Source: a virus
Virus record (IMG/VR): IMGVR_UViG_3300033145_000692
Location: 1 to 64,000 of that record
Direction: 5' to 3' (one strand)
DNA: 64,000 bases
Part shown: positions 28,090-36,943 of the stretch, one piece after another
Position numbering within the stretch: position 1 is the first letter of the stretch
Layout of the letters: every line of letters starts with the position of its first letter
Notes under the pieces: model-generated
Databases searched by the model: none
Told to the model about the DNA's origin: nothing
What the model saw: only the letters and a program-made list of their open reading frames with translations
Program-made: the position numbers and the translations under genes

Positions 28090-29210
28090 TCAACGTCTCG
28101 CTTTCGCATGTAGGATGCCTCTTTTGGAACTCCATCATCGGACAGTTCGCGGAACTTGAATGTCACCTGCTGACCTACCTGGAAGTGCCTGCCCTGCGTT
28201 CCGCTTGGCATGTCTTCACCCGGGTGCTCATTAGCATAGTGTCGATCACCCTCGGTGGCAAACTCACGTTCGATATCGGTGAGACCAGATAGTTCCAATC
28301 GCTTCCCCTTGTACTCGGTAATGAGTGCCCCAATCCGACCCAGGTGTTTCGATCCCTTGTTCGTCTGACGCCCGCAGGTGAATCCTGTGACGACTCCCTC
28401 ATCATCGAGAGTCGGCTTGAACTTGAGTAGGTCGTTTACACGCTTCGGCGTCCACTTTCCGTTGGCAGCCCGGATGATGACACCTTCACCACCCTTGGCT
28501 AACACACTGTTCGTGAAGTCGGTGAGGGCACGGCGGGCTATCACCTCCTTGGTCGGGAGTCGTATCTGCTTATGCAGGAAGACCACATCAGGGTCATAGT
28601 CCTTGAGACGGTGGAGGTAGCCCAATTCCTCCTTGAAGGTCGCAGACTCATGGATGTCCCACAGGACACTTTCGTCGCCATACGCAAGATTCTTGTAGGC
28701 TTCATCGTTGTACCACTTCAGGAAGCTCTTGGTGACATCACAGTAAAAGTTTGAGTTCTTGATCAACCCAGGCTGAAGAAATCTGACTGGACTCGGTGCC
28801 GAGTAGATCGCATACGTGATCTGGTCAAACCTGGGATCGGGCGAGTCACCGGCGCAAATTGAGCGACACGTCTGGAAGTTCCCACGTCCTGCCCAGAGTT
28901 CCCCATCAAGGATGAAATTGGGGAGCTTGTCGAGGTACCAGTCGGGAGCCATAATGGGGTTGCCATACCTGGACCACAGTCCCGTGGCTACCGGCTTCAC
29001 CTTCGGCTTGGCTTCCAGCGTCTTCGGGTTGATGACACTCGCCCAGGGGACCTCCCTGGTGTCCATCCCGCGAGTCACGCCTCCGTCCCAGATGCACCGG
29101 GTGCCATCTAGCTTCTCACTGACGTACTTGCCAGCCACGGTCTGTTTGTCATTGTCTGGTTTGAAAACCTTGGCAAGTTGCAAGAATTCACGTCTGATGA
29201 CTTTTGGCAT
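28086..29210 (-). CDS. ATP-dependent DNA ligase
   Basis: SEKLDGTR, LDGELW, GGEGVIIR, LLKFKP, C-terminal OB fold. Confidence 0.92.
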   Translation of the reverse strand: MPKVIRREFLQLAKVFKPDNDKQTVAGKYVSEKLDGTRCIWDGGVTRGMDTREVPWASVINPKTLEAKPKVKPVATGLWSRYGNPIMAPDWYLDKLPNFILDGELWAGRGNFQTCRSICAGDSPDPRFDQITYAIYSAPSPVRFLQPGLIKNSNFYCDVTKSFLKWYNDEAYKNLAYGDESVLWDIHESATFKEELGYLHRLKDYDPDVVFLHKQIRLPTKEVIARRALTDFTNSVLAKGGEGVIIRAANGKWTPKRVNDLLKFKPTLDDEGVVTGFTCGRQTNKGSKHLGRIGALITEYKGKRLELSGLTDIEREFATEGDRHYANEHPGEDMPSGTQGRHFQVGQQVTFKFRELSDDGVPKEASYMRKRDVE

Positions 29211-29248
29211 GACTGTACCTTTCGAGTGTGCAAGAAAACGTTCCTATG

Positions 29249-29282
29249 TGAATATATAGCTTTGCCAATGATGTTGTCCAAC
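29249..29282 (-). promoter_or_regulatory. Bipartite motif GTTGGACAA-N10-AAAGCYATATATTCA, copy 1 (putative promoter)
   Basis: Near-identical copy at 45900-45933. Confidence 0.6.
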
Positions 29283-29878
29283 TACTTCTGACTGTTTCGG
29301 ATGTAATTCAAAGAACCTTCGACAAAGGACCTCGTGTCGTAACAATTGTAAGGATTCCAAGGGCGTGGAACAAGAATCGCCCTCCCACCAGCCCCCTCGA
29401 AAGCTAGTGTGTTACCATGGTAGTCGTCGATCAAAAGGGTGTTCTTGTTGGCGAGGAGATACTTCTTAGTAGTGAAGACGTACTGATTCTGTATCCAGTC
29501 TGGGAGATGCTTCTGCATCCACTTGAGCTTACCACTGGTGCAAGAGACGTTGTTGGTCAGTGTTGAACAGATGAAGACATTGTCTCTACCAACAATGTCA
29601 ACACAGTGGTCGAGCAATGTATCGTGGAGATCAGAGGTGGTCATGTCCTCCCAAAGGGTATCGTCGAGCATACCCCATATTTGCCAAGGAACCCAGTTGT
29701 TGATCGTTGGGTGTTTGAGATTCATGGCTGCTACAATATCATATCCGCACTCCACCGGAAACTCACATGGTGGGCACCCAAGGAAACGCATTGCACAGGC
29801 AGTGAAATTGTTGAACACATCGTCCAGGTCAACCATGATTCGCGTGATCCTCGAAATGTATCTAAGATTTGAAATCAT
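29282..29878 (-). CDS. 5'(3')-deoxyribonucleotidase (HAD/NT5C family)
   Basis: MVDLDDV, GKLKWM, LLIDD, PWN. Confidence 0.85.
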   Translation of the reverse strand: MISNLRYISRITRIMVDLDDVFNNFTACAMRFLGCPPCEFPVECGYDIVAAMNLKHPTINNWVPWQIWGMLDDTLWEDMTTSDLHDTLLDHCVDIVGRDNVFICSTLTNNVSCTSGKLKWMQKHLPDWIQNQYVFTTKKYLLANKNTLLIDDYHGNTLAFEGAGGRAILVPRPWNPYNCYDTRSFVEGSLNYIRNSQK

Positions 29879-30665
29879 AGTCTTGCTCTCTGCAAAATCT
29901 CTCATGGAGTTTAATCCTGGTTCTCTGCACAGTCGACGTTGACAATCCCATAGCCTCTCCTATCTGACTGTCGGTGTATGCCTCCATTCTCATCGTGATT
30001 ATCTTCCTTTCCACAGGTGTCCTAGCAGTCGAGAGAATGCCCTGGAAACTTTCTGCAAACTCCAATGAGACATCTTTAGCCATATCCAACATGAAAGTGC
30101 TGATCGGAATTTTTCTCGTAATGTCACCATCTGAGTTTGTGACTGACCTTCGTCGCCTAAGGGTCAAGGGCTCTGAAGAATCACACTCATACAGTTCGCG
30201 AACTACACGGTAGATCGCAACATAGAGATATGGTGGCACTTTGAGTTCTGGTCCATCATTACCCCACTGGTCTAATGTCGCTTGGAGCTTCTCATCACTG
30301 GACTGGCGAAACTTGTGGACAAGCGTGTGGACAGCACTGGTTAGTGAAAGCAGTCCAGCGGAAAACAAGTCGTCAGACAGATAGATAGCACAACGTCGTG
30401 ATCGAATCAGCCGGGTGATCACCTCGGTGATTAAACGAGTGTTGCAGACAATGAAGTGATTGATATCATCAGTACCTCCCTTTACTGCCTTCTCAAATAG
30501 TTTACCCTGGATCTCAGGTGGAGGACACGTACACCATTTGCTGTTAGCATAATCAACCGCATCACCACATATCCCTTCAATCCCAGAGGTTAAACACTTT
30601 CCAATGAAGATGGTAAGATTTCGATCTTGCCACGGAACTTGCCATGGAACTTGATTGTTCATCAT
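29862..30665 (-). CDS. Divergent sigma70-family factor / HTH regulator
   Basis: DDLFSAGLLSLTSAV (region 2-like); ERKIITMR...SQIGEAMGLSTSTVQR (region 4 HTH). Confidence 0.65.
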   Translation of the reverse strand: MMNNQVPWQVPWQDRNLTIFIGKCLTSGIEGICGDAVDYANSKWCTCPPPEIQGKLFEKAVKGGTDDINHFIVCNTRLITEVITRLIRSRRCAIYLSDDLFSAGLLSLTSAVHTLVHKFRQSSDEKLQATLDQWGNDGPELKVPPYLYVAIYRVVRELYECDSSEPLTLRRRRSVTNSDGDITRKIPISTFMLDMAKDVSLEFAESFQGILSTARTPVERKIITMRMEAYTDSQIGEAMGLSTSTVQRTRIKLHERFCREQDYDFKS

Positions 30666-30670
30666 TCATC

Positions 30671-31171
30671 CTAAGAGGTGAAAATCCATAGTTGCTTTCC
30701 ATAGAAGCCCTGGGCTTCACAGTTTTTGAGAGAGAACTGAAACTCTTGACCATCTGGATCAAGAATCCTACCATGGTCGTAGGCGACAGCGTGGTGACAT
30801 GACTCACCCTTACCCTCTAAGACACCATGTGTGTTGGCAATCAATTCATGGAACGCTTTGCGACGCTCGCTAACCCGCCAGTCACGGGCGTGGAGTGTGT
30901 ATGTGTACCGACCACATTCCGAGCGAGTACACGGGAAGAGTTGGTAAGGTACCGGATAGACTTCAAACCGTATTGCAAGTTCGACCAACTCTTGTTGATG
31001 AAAACCTCTTCGACACATTGGCTCATTCAACTCTGGAAACACTATAGCTCCGCCACCATGTCCAACCAGTCTAACAGCATCCTCAACTGGGATGTCGAGT
31101 GCCATTGCCCACGAGGTTATTGCGCAGGACCATCTGTTTGGCTTCACTTGCAGTTTCATCAGTTTCATCAT
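30671..31171 (-). CDS. Papain-like (C39-like) peptidase
   Basis: LQ...SCAITSWAMAL; HHAVAYD...ILDP. Confidence 0.6.
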   Translation of the reverse strand: MMKLMKLQVKPNRWSCAITSWAMALDIPVEDAVRLVGHGGGAIVFPELNEPMCRRGFHQQELVELAIRFEVYPVPYQLFPCTRSECGRYTYTLHARDWRVSERRKAFHELIANTHGVLEGKGESCHHAVAYDHGRILDPDGQEFQFSLKNCEAQGFYGKQLWIFTS

Positions 31172-31311
31172 TGTCAAACCCCTGCTTGGATAGAATTTCA
31201 TTGAGTTCTTTGTCCCTTCTGGTATCAGATGTGAATGAGTCAAGAGCACATTGTATAGCCCTCCTCAATTCAGGGACAGTAGAGCCATAGGCTGCTGCTA
31301 ACCGTTTCAAC

Positions 31312-31725
31312 TCACTCACTGAAGGCTTCAGCATCAAGTTCGTCGAGCATTGTGTCGATGTCATTTTGAGTAGGTACCCTCCAAGAAGATTTCCAATAGT
31401 CTTTCCAGTTGGGCGGTGCAAAGAGTTTGTCGTATTCAAATTGGGTTGCAGCCGTCAGAATCCAGATGCCAATCCCTTTGTTATCCCAATGTGGCCACTT
31501 AATGCGTTGAGCCTTCGTAAAGCTGTACTTCTTCGGATGCTTCACATCAACCCAACGCTCGCCGATACCACTTTTGAACAGGTAGAGGTCAGGGATACCC
31601 CTCTGGAAAGCATTCCCGTGCATCACCTCGACGACCCACCCATGGGTCTCAAGGAACTCCTTCAAGTCCTTCTGGATGTACCACTCCGCGCCATGTGTTG
31701 CTTTCTTGATGATGTTACCCATCAC
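31312..31725 (-). CDS. VRR-NUC / Holliday-junction-resolvase-like nuclease
   Basis: E..IQ, GIPDL, WVDVK, FTKAQ. Confidence 0.75.
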   Translation of the reverse strand: MMGNIIKKATHGAEWYIQKDLKEFLETHGWVVEVMHGNAFQRGIPDLYLFKSGIGERWVDVKHPKKYSFTKAQRIKWPHWDNKGIGIWILTAATQFEYDKLFAPPNWKDYWKSSWRVPTQNDIDTMLDELDAEAFSE

Positions 31726-31775
31726 ACCGCCTTACTGTGGACAAACTTGTAAATGAAACTGTACATGTTTGATCC

Positions 31776-32102
31776 CTAAACAACGAACTTACCGTCAGCC
31801 CAAATGAGCTTGCGAACGTCATGTGGAATTTCAGTACTGGTGATAATCACCATGATGCGAACCTTGTCAACCATTAGCAGACTCTCTGCCCGGCGTATAG
31901 CCCGCGACAATGCCCGTTTCCGAGCTTGCCTACCATTGGTGATCACTTGCTCCTCAACTTGACCCTTCCACCAAAGGTGCCCGACAGTCATCGTTTGAGT
32001 GAGGTGTTTATAGGATGGTTTCGACCAGTACCAACACTCCCACATCTCTTTCTTGGGGTCCCAGATCTCTACGTTGTACTGAAGCACTTCCCAGTCTTTC
32101 AT
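31776..32102 (-). CDS. Hypothetical protein
   Basis: TGATG-coupled to sulfotransferase 3. Confidence 0.6.
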   Translation of the reverse strand: MKDWEVLQYNVEIWDPKKEMWECWYWSKPSYKHLTQTMTVGHLWWKGQVEEQVITNGRQARKRALSRAIRRAESLLMVDKVRIMVIITSTEIPHDVRKLIWADGKFVV

Positions 32103-32632
32103 CACGTACTCCTTGGGATTGTGTAACCGTGGTTGCAAATGGTGTCGCTGTACCTATCAACAACGAGGTCGATTAACTCGGGTGTGTAGTAGTCGGCAAA
32201 GTCTCGACCTGCCCGCTTCTCAGATACATTCCTCCATGGAATCTCAGCGGGTGGAAACCCGATCTCCACCATCAGTTGGTTGAAATCCTCCTGGAGGTTT
32301 TCGTAACGAAGAGTATGCGTGCAGAGGTGTTGCCCAAAGAACAGCCCGCTCTGCATGTAGTGGTTAGGCTCGGCTACCCTCTGTCTCAACCATGTAGGAA
32401 AATGGTAGTCATGCTTCGTCTTGAACATCTCAAGGTAGTACCATGAAACAAACAAATCAAACGGGTCCCTCACTGTTGAGAAGACGATCCAACCCGCTGG
32501 TAATTCCTTGTACTGATGGTGGCTCATCTCAGCCTCAAAGCCACGTCTATTGACAAGCACCTTGCTGGTTGCCTGTGAAGCCGTCCGTGGGTGAGCGATA
32601 AACGCCACCTCTTTTTCACCATGGATGTACAT
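32102..32632 (-). CDS. Sulfotransferase family protein (copy 3)
   Basis: 5'-PSB FIAHPRTAS; 3'-PB VRDPFDLFVSWY; RYENLQEDF. Confidence 0.8.
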   Translation of the reverse strand: MYIHGEKEVAFIAHPRTASQATSKVLVNRRGFEAEMSHHQYKELPAGWIVFSTVRDPFDLFVSWYYLEMFKTKHDYHFPTWLRQRVAEPNHYMQSGLFFGQHLCTHTLRYENLQEDFNQLMVEIGFPPAEIPWRNVSEKRAGRDFADYYTPELIDLVVDRYSDTICNHGYTIPRST

Positions 32633-33147
32633 TACAGTATTTCGTACCCGTTGTCTAAGATGTCTCTCTCGAACAGACTCACTACATGTGCAGTTAGTTC
32701 AGGAGTGTAACAGTCGGCGAAGTTGCGACCTTCGCGCCTCTCGGAAACATTAGTTCGTTTGATCTCTGTTTGTGGCAATCCGACCTTCTCCGTGAACTTG
32801 TCAAAATCCTCTTGTAGATTCTCGAAATGGAGAACGTCAGTCGAGAACTTCAAACCAAAGAACAAGTCGTTGATATAACTGTACGGGCTGGGTCGCTGTA
32901 TGACATGGGCAGCCCATTTCTCGAACGTCACTCCGAGTTTCTCAGGCTGTGCATAGTACCAGGACACAAACAAATCGAACGGGTTCCGAATCACGGAGAA
33001 AGTTGTCTTCCGACACCATATCTCCTTGAACTGGTGATGTGAACCTATCTTCTCGAATCCCATATCAAGAAGGGTGTAACTCATAGCAAGTGATGCCGTC
33101 TTTGGGTGGGCGATGAACGCCACATTCTTTTCTTCGTGAATGTACAT
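32632..33147 (-). CDS. Sulfotransferase family protein (copy 2)
   Basis: FIAHPKTAS; IRNPFDLFVSWY; HFENLQEDF. Confidence 0.8.
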   Translation of the reverse strand: MYIHEEKNVAFIAHPKTASLAMSYTLLDMGFEKIGSHHQFKEIWCRKTTFSVIRNPFDLFVSWYYAQPEKLGVTFEKWAAHVIQRPSPYSYINDLFFGLKFSTDVLHFENLQEDFDKFTEKVGLPQTEIKRTNVSERREGRNFADCYTPELTAHVVSLFERDILDNGYEIL

Positions 33148-33665
33148 TATGAACTCCTTGTCCAGTAATTGTGCTGTTCGATTTCGTCTCCGAAGAAACG
33201 TCCAACCATGTCGAGTGTGGCATCATTGTAGATACCCATAAAGTCCCGACCCATACGCCACTCTGAAACATTCATTCGTTTGATCTTTGTCTGTGGGAGC
33301 CCAACCTTTTTCATCAACTGGTCGAATTCCTCTTGGAGATTCTCGTAATGAAGGATGTCAGTACAGAGGTGTTGCCCAAAGAACAGTCCATGTGAAATGT
33401 AGTGAGGTGGATTGTTGAGAAAAATTCTCAACCAGTATTCAAAAGACCAATGTTCCTCACGTCTCCTGAAGTAGTACCACGACACCAACATGTCAAATGG
33501 ATTCCGAACCACCGAGAAAGTTGTCTCAAGACAAGAGGACTCCCTGAACTGGTGGTGTGACCCATCCTGTACAAAGCCACTCCCAAGGAGTGTCGCAGCC
33601 ATCGCAACTGACGCCGTTCTCGGGTGGGCTATAAAAGCCACCTTCTTTTCTCCATGGATGTACAT
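33147..33665 (-). CDS. Sulfotransferase family protein (copy 1)
   Basis: FIAHPRTAS; VRNPFDMLVSWY; ATG overlaps the polA stop (TAATG). Confidence 0.8.
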   Translation of the reverse strand: MYIHGEKKVAFIAHPRTASVAMAATLLGSGFVQDGSHHQFRESSCLETTFSVVRNPFDMLVSWYYFRRREEHWSFEYWLRIFLNNPPHYISHGLFFGQHLCTDILHYENLQEEFDQLMKKVGLPQTKIKRMNVSEWRMGRDFMGIYNDATLDMVGRFFGDEIEQHNYWTRSS

Positions 33666-36184
33666 TATTCCATCTCCGGGGCACACATCTTGACAGTAAC
33701 AGAGCCGCCCTTCTTCTCAGCCCAGTTTGCCTGTGCTTCATTCCATGTCATCCCGATCAATGGAACCTGCGGGCGATAATGTTCCACCACCTCACGTACC
33801 TTTTCAGTCACTTGTGAGACATACTCAGGATCAGTAACGCACATGACCTCGTCATGGACGTTGAGAGGGGCAACTTTCAACTCGGACACACCAACTGGTT
33901 GAAGGTCCCAGATTGCACGTTGGGCATGTTTGGTGATCTGACCACCAGGAGATTGAATCTCGTGGTTGGCGGCGGCACGCATGTTCGCTTGCTGCAACCC
34001 AAAGGCAGCCCCATACAATGCACTGGAGACCGCTCCACCCGCCGTCTGAACCCTGTCACGACGCCAAACCTTCACCGGATGGTTTTTCCAGCCCTTGGGC
34101 AAGGCATTCGCCATCTTAAACATCTCGTGGCAGATTTGATTCTCCAATGTGAAGAACCTCTTGAAGCCAAGGAAGGATTCAACACAATCCTTAGGCTGCC
34201 GCCACACCACCTGTGACCCAACGCCTCCGGGTTGTCGCATAGAGCAGAAGTCATCAAATGTCTTCTCACGTGCTTTCCCCACGCCGGGGTACCGCTTGTC
34301 GAATTCCTCGAAAGCCCCTTTGGCATTCTCTTCCTTGACACCTAGGTTTCTCACCAGGGTCTCCCAGGTACCACCATAGATCATGGCGAACACACCGGAC
34401 TTCCCCTTCAAGTACATATCGTTCTCAGTACCTGAACTGGCTAGGACCTCACCATAGGTGTGTCCTGGGAAGATCGCCATGCCGAACAGACCATGAATCT
34501 TCTGGCGAACCAAACCCTTATCGTCACACTCATCACATTCCCCCATTCTATCTTCACCAACCTTTGTCCCGTTGCAGAATGGACACTCGATCTTTTTGAC
34601 CAGGTCTCCCCGCAACGCTGGATCATTGTAGACCGCGTCTGCCAGTGTCACCTCGAATGAGTCAAAGTCACCACCACAGAGGATCGTGTCTCCCCAGTTA
34701 AGTGGGAAGCAGCGGCGAACCGCTTTGGTCGCTTTGATCCCCTGTGCATTGAGCCCTGAGGTACCAGCCATTCGAGAGGACTTGGTACCCACAACAACGA
34801 AGTCTGCATGGAACCTGCCAGCTACCAGCAGCTTGTCGTAGAGTTCAACCTCCTTGGCAGCGATCTTGATGTCAAGGATTTCTTTGGCGCGGTACGCAGC
34901 CGGATGGTTGCCCATCTCCTCTTCACAACGGTCCCATGACGCCAGCATCTGTCCAACCCCATTGCAGCGGGAGCAGCCCTTACCTGAACACTTCTCACAC
35001 TCTTCATCTTCCTCAATGTGCCATTCACGTATGGAGGTCAGGTTGGCTTTCTTCGTGGACCATCCCGTGGTGTCTTCGATCGACATAATCTCGATCTCAT
35101 CCATCACCTCTTCCATGTAGATGCGTACGGAAACTGGTTTGTTCGTATTGATTGGGCTGTTGTCAACCTTAGCTTGGGCAGTTTCACGGAGACCTATCAT
35201 ACCCTGTTTATCAATCTCGAAACCGTGCCATCTCACCACGGGTACCATGGTTGCTAAAATGGAATCGTCATCACCTGGTGGTGGGCACTTGAAGTGCTTG
35301 TACAACGCGCGTGTGTACACGATATCATCCTTGGCATACTCACGGGCGTCAGCGTTGTTTTCCCAATGGTCGATGAAGAGTTTGATCTGGGCTGGCCAGG
35401 TATGACCAACAAGCTTATTCTCTTCCTTCTTTGGGTCCCACTCCCAGACTTCCCAATTCTTCTCAGGTGTGGAAAGAGCCCTCGCGAAAGGCGCATAGCC
35501 AAGCTCCTTCGGATACCAAGCTTTGGGAGGCTCCACGTCTTCATAATGGAACTTCGGCATGAAACCCATGGCGTGTTCGGCGAGGAACTTCAGACCGCCC
35601 GCAGGGGCGAACCTTAAGACAACGTCCTTGAACTCGTCATCAAACACACCCTCATGCTCCCGGTCCACTACGGACCATTTGGGGGCTTCTGGGTCGACTT
35701 TCTTGGCAAAGTAGATTCCATCTAACTCGACCCGCTTCTCCAGTTCTTCACTCAGCGCATACGCCAACGCAGTCGGAACCTTCCGAATGTTGATATTCTT
35801 ACGAGCCATCAAGCTTTGGTATTCACCCTTCCGAGAGACCAACATCAGGTCGATAGCACTGGCGAACTTGATGGCAGGACCATCTCTGGCTTCCATCTCG
35901 CGATCAGCGATCTCTTCAATGTGGTACTTGGGTGTCCAGTGGTTGGGGCAGAGAGCCCAGATGGTGTACAGTTTCGCCAACTGGAAAACATCGAACGTCA
36001 GATTAAAACCAACGATACAATGTTCGAGCCAACTCTCGATCAGGTTAAGAGTCTTCCAGATAGGTTCGGACCAGATGTCGTACATGTTGATAGGTCCGTC
36101 GTCCAATGCAAACTGGATCAGCACTGGCATAGAGTATAGTCCTACAGTCTCAGTATCCACGAACAATTTAGAAGGTTCAGACAT
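33665..36184 (-). CDS. polA: Family A DNA polymerase with 3'-5' exonuclease domain and zinc-finger insertions
   Basis: VDTET, GFNLTFD, DFDSFE (motif A), KSGVFAMIYG (motif B), VHDE (motif C). Confidence 0.92.
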   Translation of the reverse strand: MSEPSKLFVDTETVGLYSMPVLIQFALDDGPINMYDIWSEPIWKTLNLIESWLEHCIVGFNLTFDVFQLAKLYTIWALCPNHWTPKYHIEEIADREMEARDGPAIKFASAIDLMLVSRKGEYQSLMARKNINIRKVPTALAYALSEELEKRVELDGIYFAKKVDPEAPKWSVVDREHEGVFDDEFKDVVLRFAPAGGLKFLAEHAMGFMPKFHYEDVEPPKAWYPKELGYAPFARALSTPEKNWEVWEWDPKKEENKLVGHTWPAQIKLFIDHWENNADAREYAKDDIVYTRALYKHFKCPPPGDDDSILATMVPVVRWHGFEIDKQGMIGLRETAQAKVDNSPINTNKPVSVRIYMEEVMDEIEIMSIEDTTGWSTKKANLTSIREWHIEEDEECEKCSGKGCSRCNGVGQMLASWDRCEEEMGNHPAAYRAKEILDIKIAAKEVELYDKLLVAGRFHADFVVVGTKSSRMAGTSGLNAQGIKATKAVRRCFPLNWGDTILCGGDFDSFEVTLADAVYNDPALRGDLVKKIECPFCNGTKVGEDRMGECDECDDKGLVRQKIHGLFGMAIFPGHTYGEVLASSGTENDMYLKGKSGVFAMIYGGTWETLVRNLGVKEENAKGAFEEFDKRYPGVGKAREKTFDDFCSMRQPGGVGSQVVWRQPKDCVESFLGFKRFFTLENQICHEMFKMANALPKGWKNHPVKVWRRDRVQTAGGAVSSALYGAAFGLQQANMRAAANHEIQSPGGQITKHAQRAIWDLQPVGVSELKVAPLNVHDEVMCVTDPEYVSQVTEKVREVVEHYRPQVPLIGMTWNEAQANWAEKKGGSVTVKMCAPEME

Positions 36185-36344
36185 GCTTCCAAGATTTCCC
36201 TTGAATGATTCTCGTGATGTGTATGTGGTTCACTTGACAGAAAGTTCCTTGACAGAAAGTTCCTTGACAGAAAGTTCCTTGTACATCGACCTTACTCCAG
36301 AAGCGGGTAAGGTCTTTCCCTGTCAACTCAGGTATCTTTCTCAC
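36177..36344 (-). pseudogene. Internally deleted HNH endonuclease remnant (55 aa, still an open frame)
   Basis: MRKIPELTGKDLTRFWSKVDV(QGTFC)x3QVNHIHITRIIQGKSWKHV*; both ends match the intact HNH at 51195-51707. Confidence 0.75.
36233..36281. repeat. 15-bp tandem repeat (cttgacagaaagttc)x3
   Basis: Directly visible. Confidence 0.95.
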
Positions 36345-36369
36345 CTTACAATTCCCTTTGAAGTAAAAG

Positions 36370-36442
36370 AGCCGGTGGAGGGACTCAAACCCCCGACATG
36401 AGCTTTACAAAAGCCCCGCTCTATCAACTGAGCTACACCGGC
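36370..36442 (-). tRNA. tRNA-Thr(TGT)
   Basis: Cloverleaf GCCGGTG/CACCGGC; anticodon loop TT-TGT-AA; no encoded CCA. Confidence 0.9.
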
Positions 36443-36443
36443 T

Positions 36444-36613
36444 AATGACCGAGCCCAACTCCCACTCGATCATTGTTGGCAAGGGTCCCTGGGGTACATC
36501 GCATGAGTTCGCCCGACGTTACCAACGTAGGCTCTACCTTCTGGTTACCCTGGTCACCAGTCATGCGGTCTACAGGTTCAGCGCAGTACTGCGCACACCC
36601 GCTCGACCCTTGC
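36444..36613 (-). ncRNA. Putative structured ncRNA of unknown class upstream of tRNA-Thr
   Basis: Nested stems 36479-87/36605-13 and 36500-06/36561-67; hairpins 36541-60, 36581-94, 36444-74. Confidence 0.5.
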
Positions 36614-36622
36614 TTGAACACA

Positions 36623-36943
36623 TTAGAACACGTCGTAAGACCAACTCGAATCACTAGCTTTGATATTCGCTGACAAGAGTGGTCTGGTGATCACCGATTG
36701 ACCATTGTCGAGTCGAATCCTTATGGAATCATACTGACCAAATTCTCCCTCGATCCGTCCCAAGCTGCCAGTTTCAATGAGAGGGTCACCGGTGTCGATC
36801 TCCACCCCCGCCATTATTTGGTTTTGAACAATAAACTGGTACATGAACTGCTCGCTCTCAACCATCAGGATTGTGAACGGATCTAGTTTACTGATCTGTA
36901 TCTTCCCACCGGAAGGGACTCTCGCCGCTGCTTCTGAATTCAT
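36623..36943 (-). CDS. Hypothetical protein
   Basis: ORF; start uncertain. Confidence 0.5.
   Translation of the reverse strand: MNSEAAARVPSGGKIQISKLDPFTILMVESEQFMYQFIVQNQIMAGVEIDTGDPLIETGSLGRIEGEFGQYDSIRIRLDNGQSVITRPLLSANIKASDSSWSYDVF

Noticed and set aside
36230-36286. Leader peptide MYKELSVKELSVKELSVK* in frame with polA (possible TGA readthrough)
   Set aside because: Another frame gives a clear HNH remnant (36177-36344) that explains the sequence and the apparent RBS.
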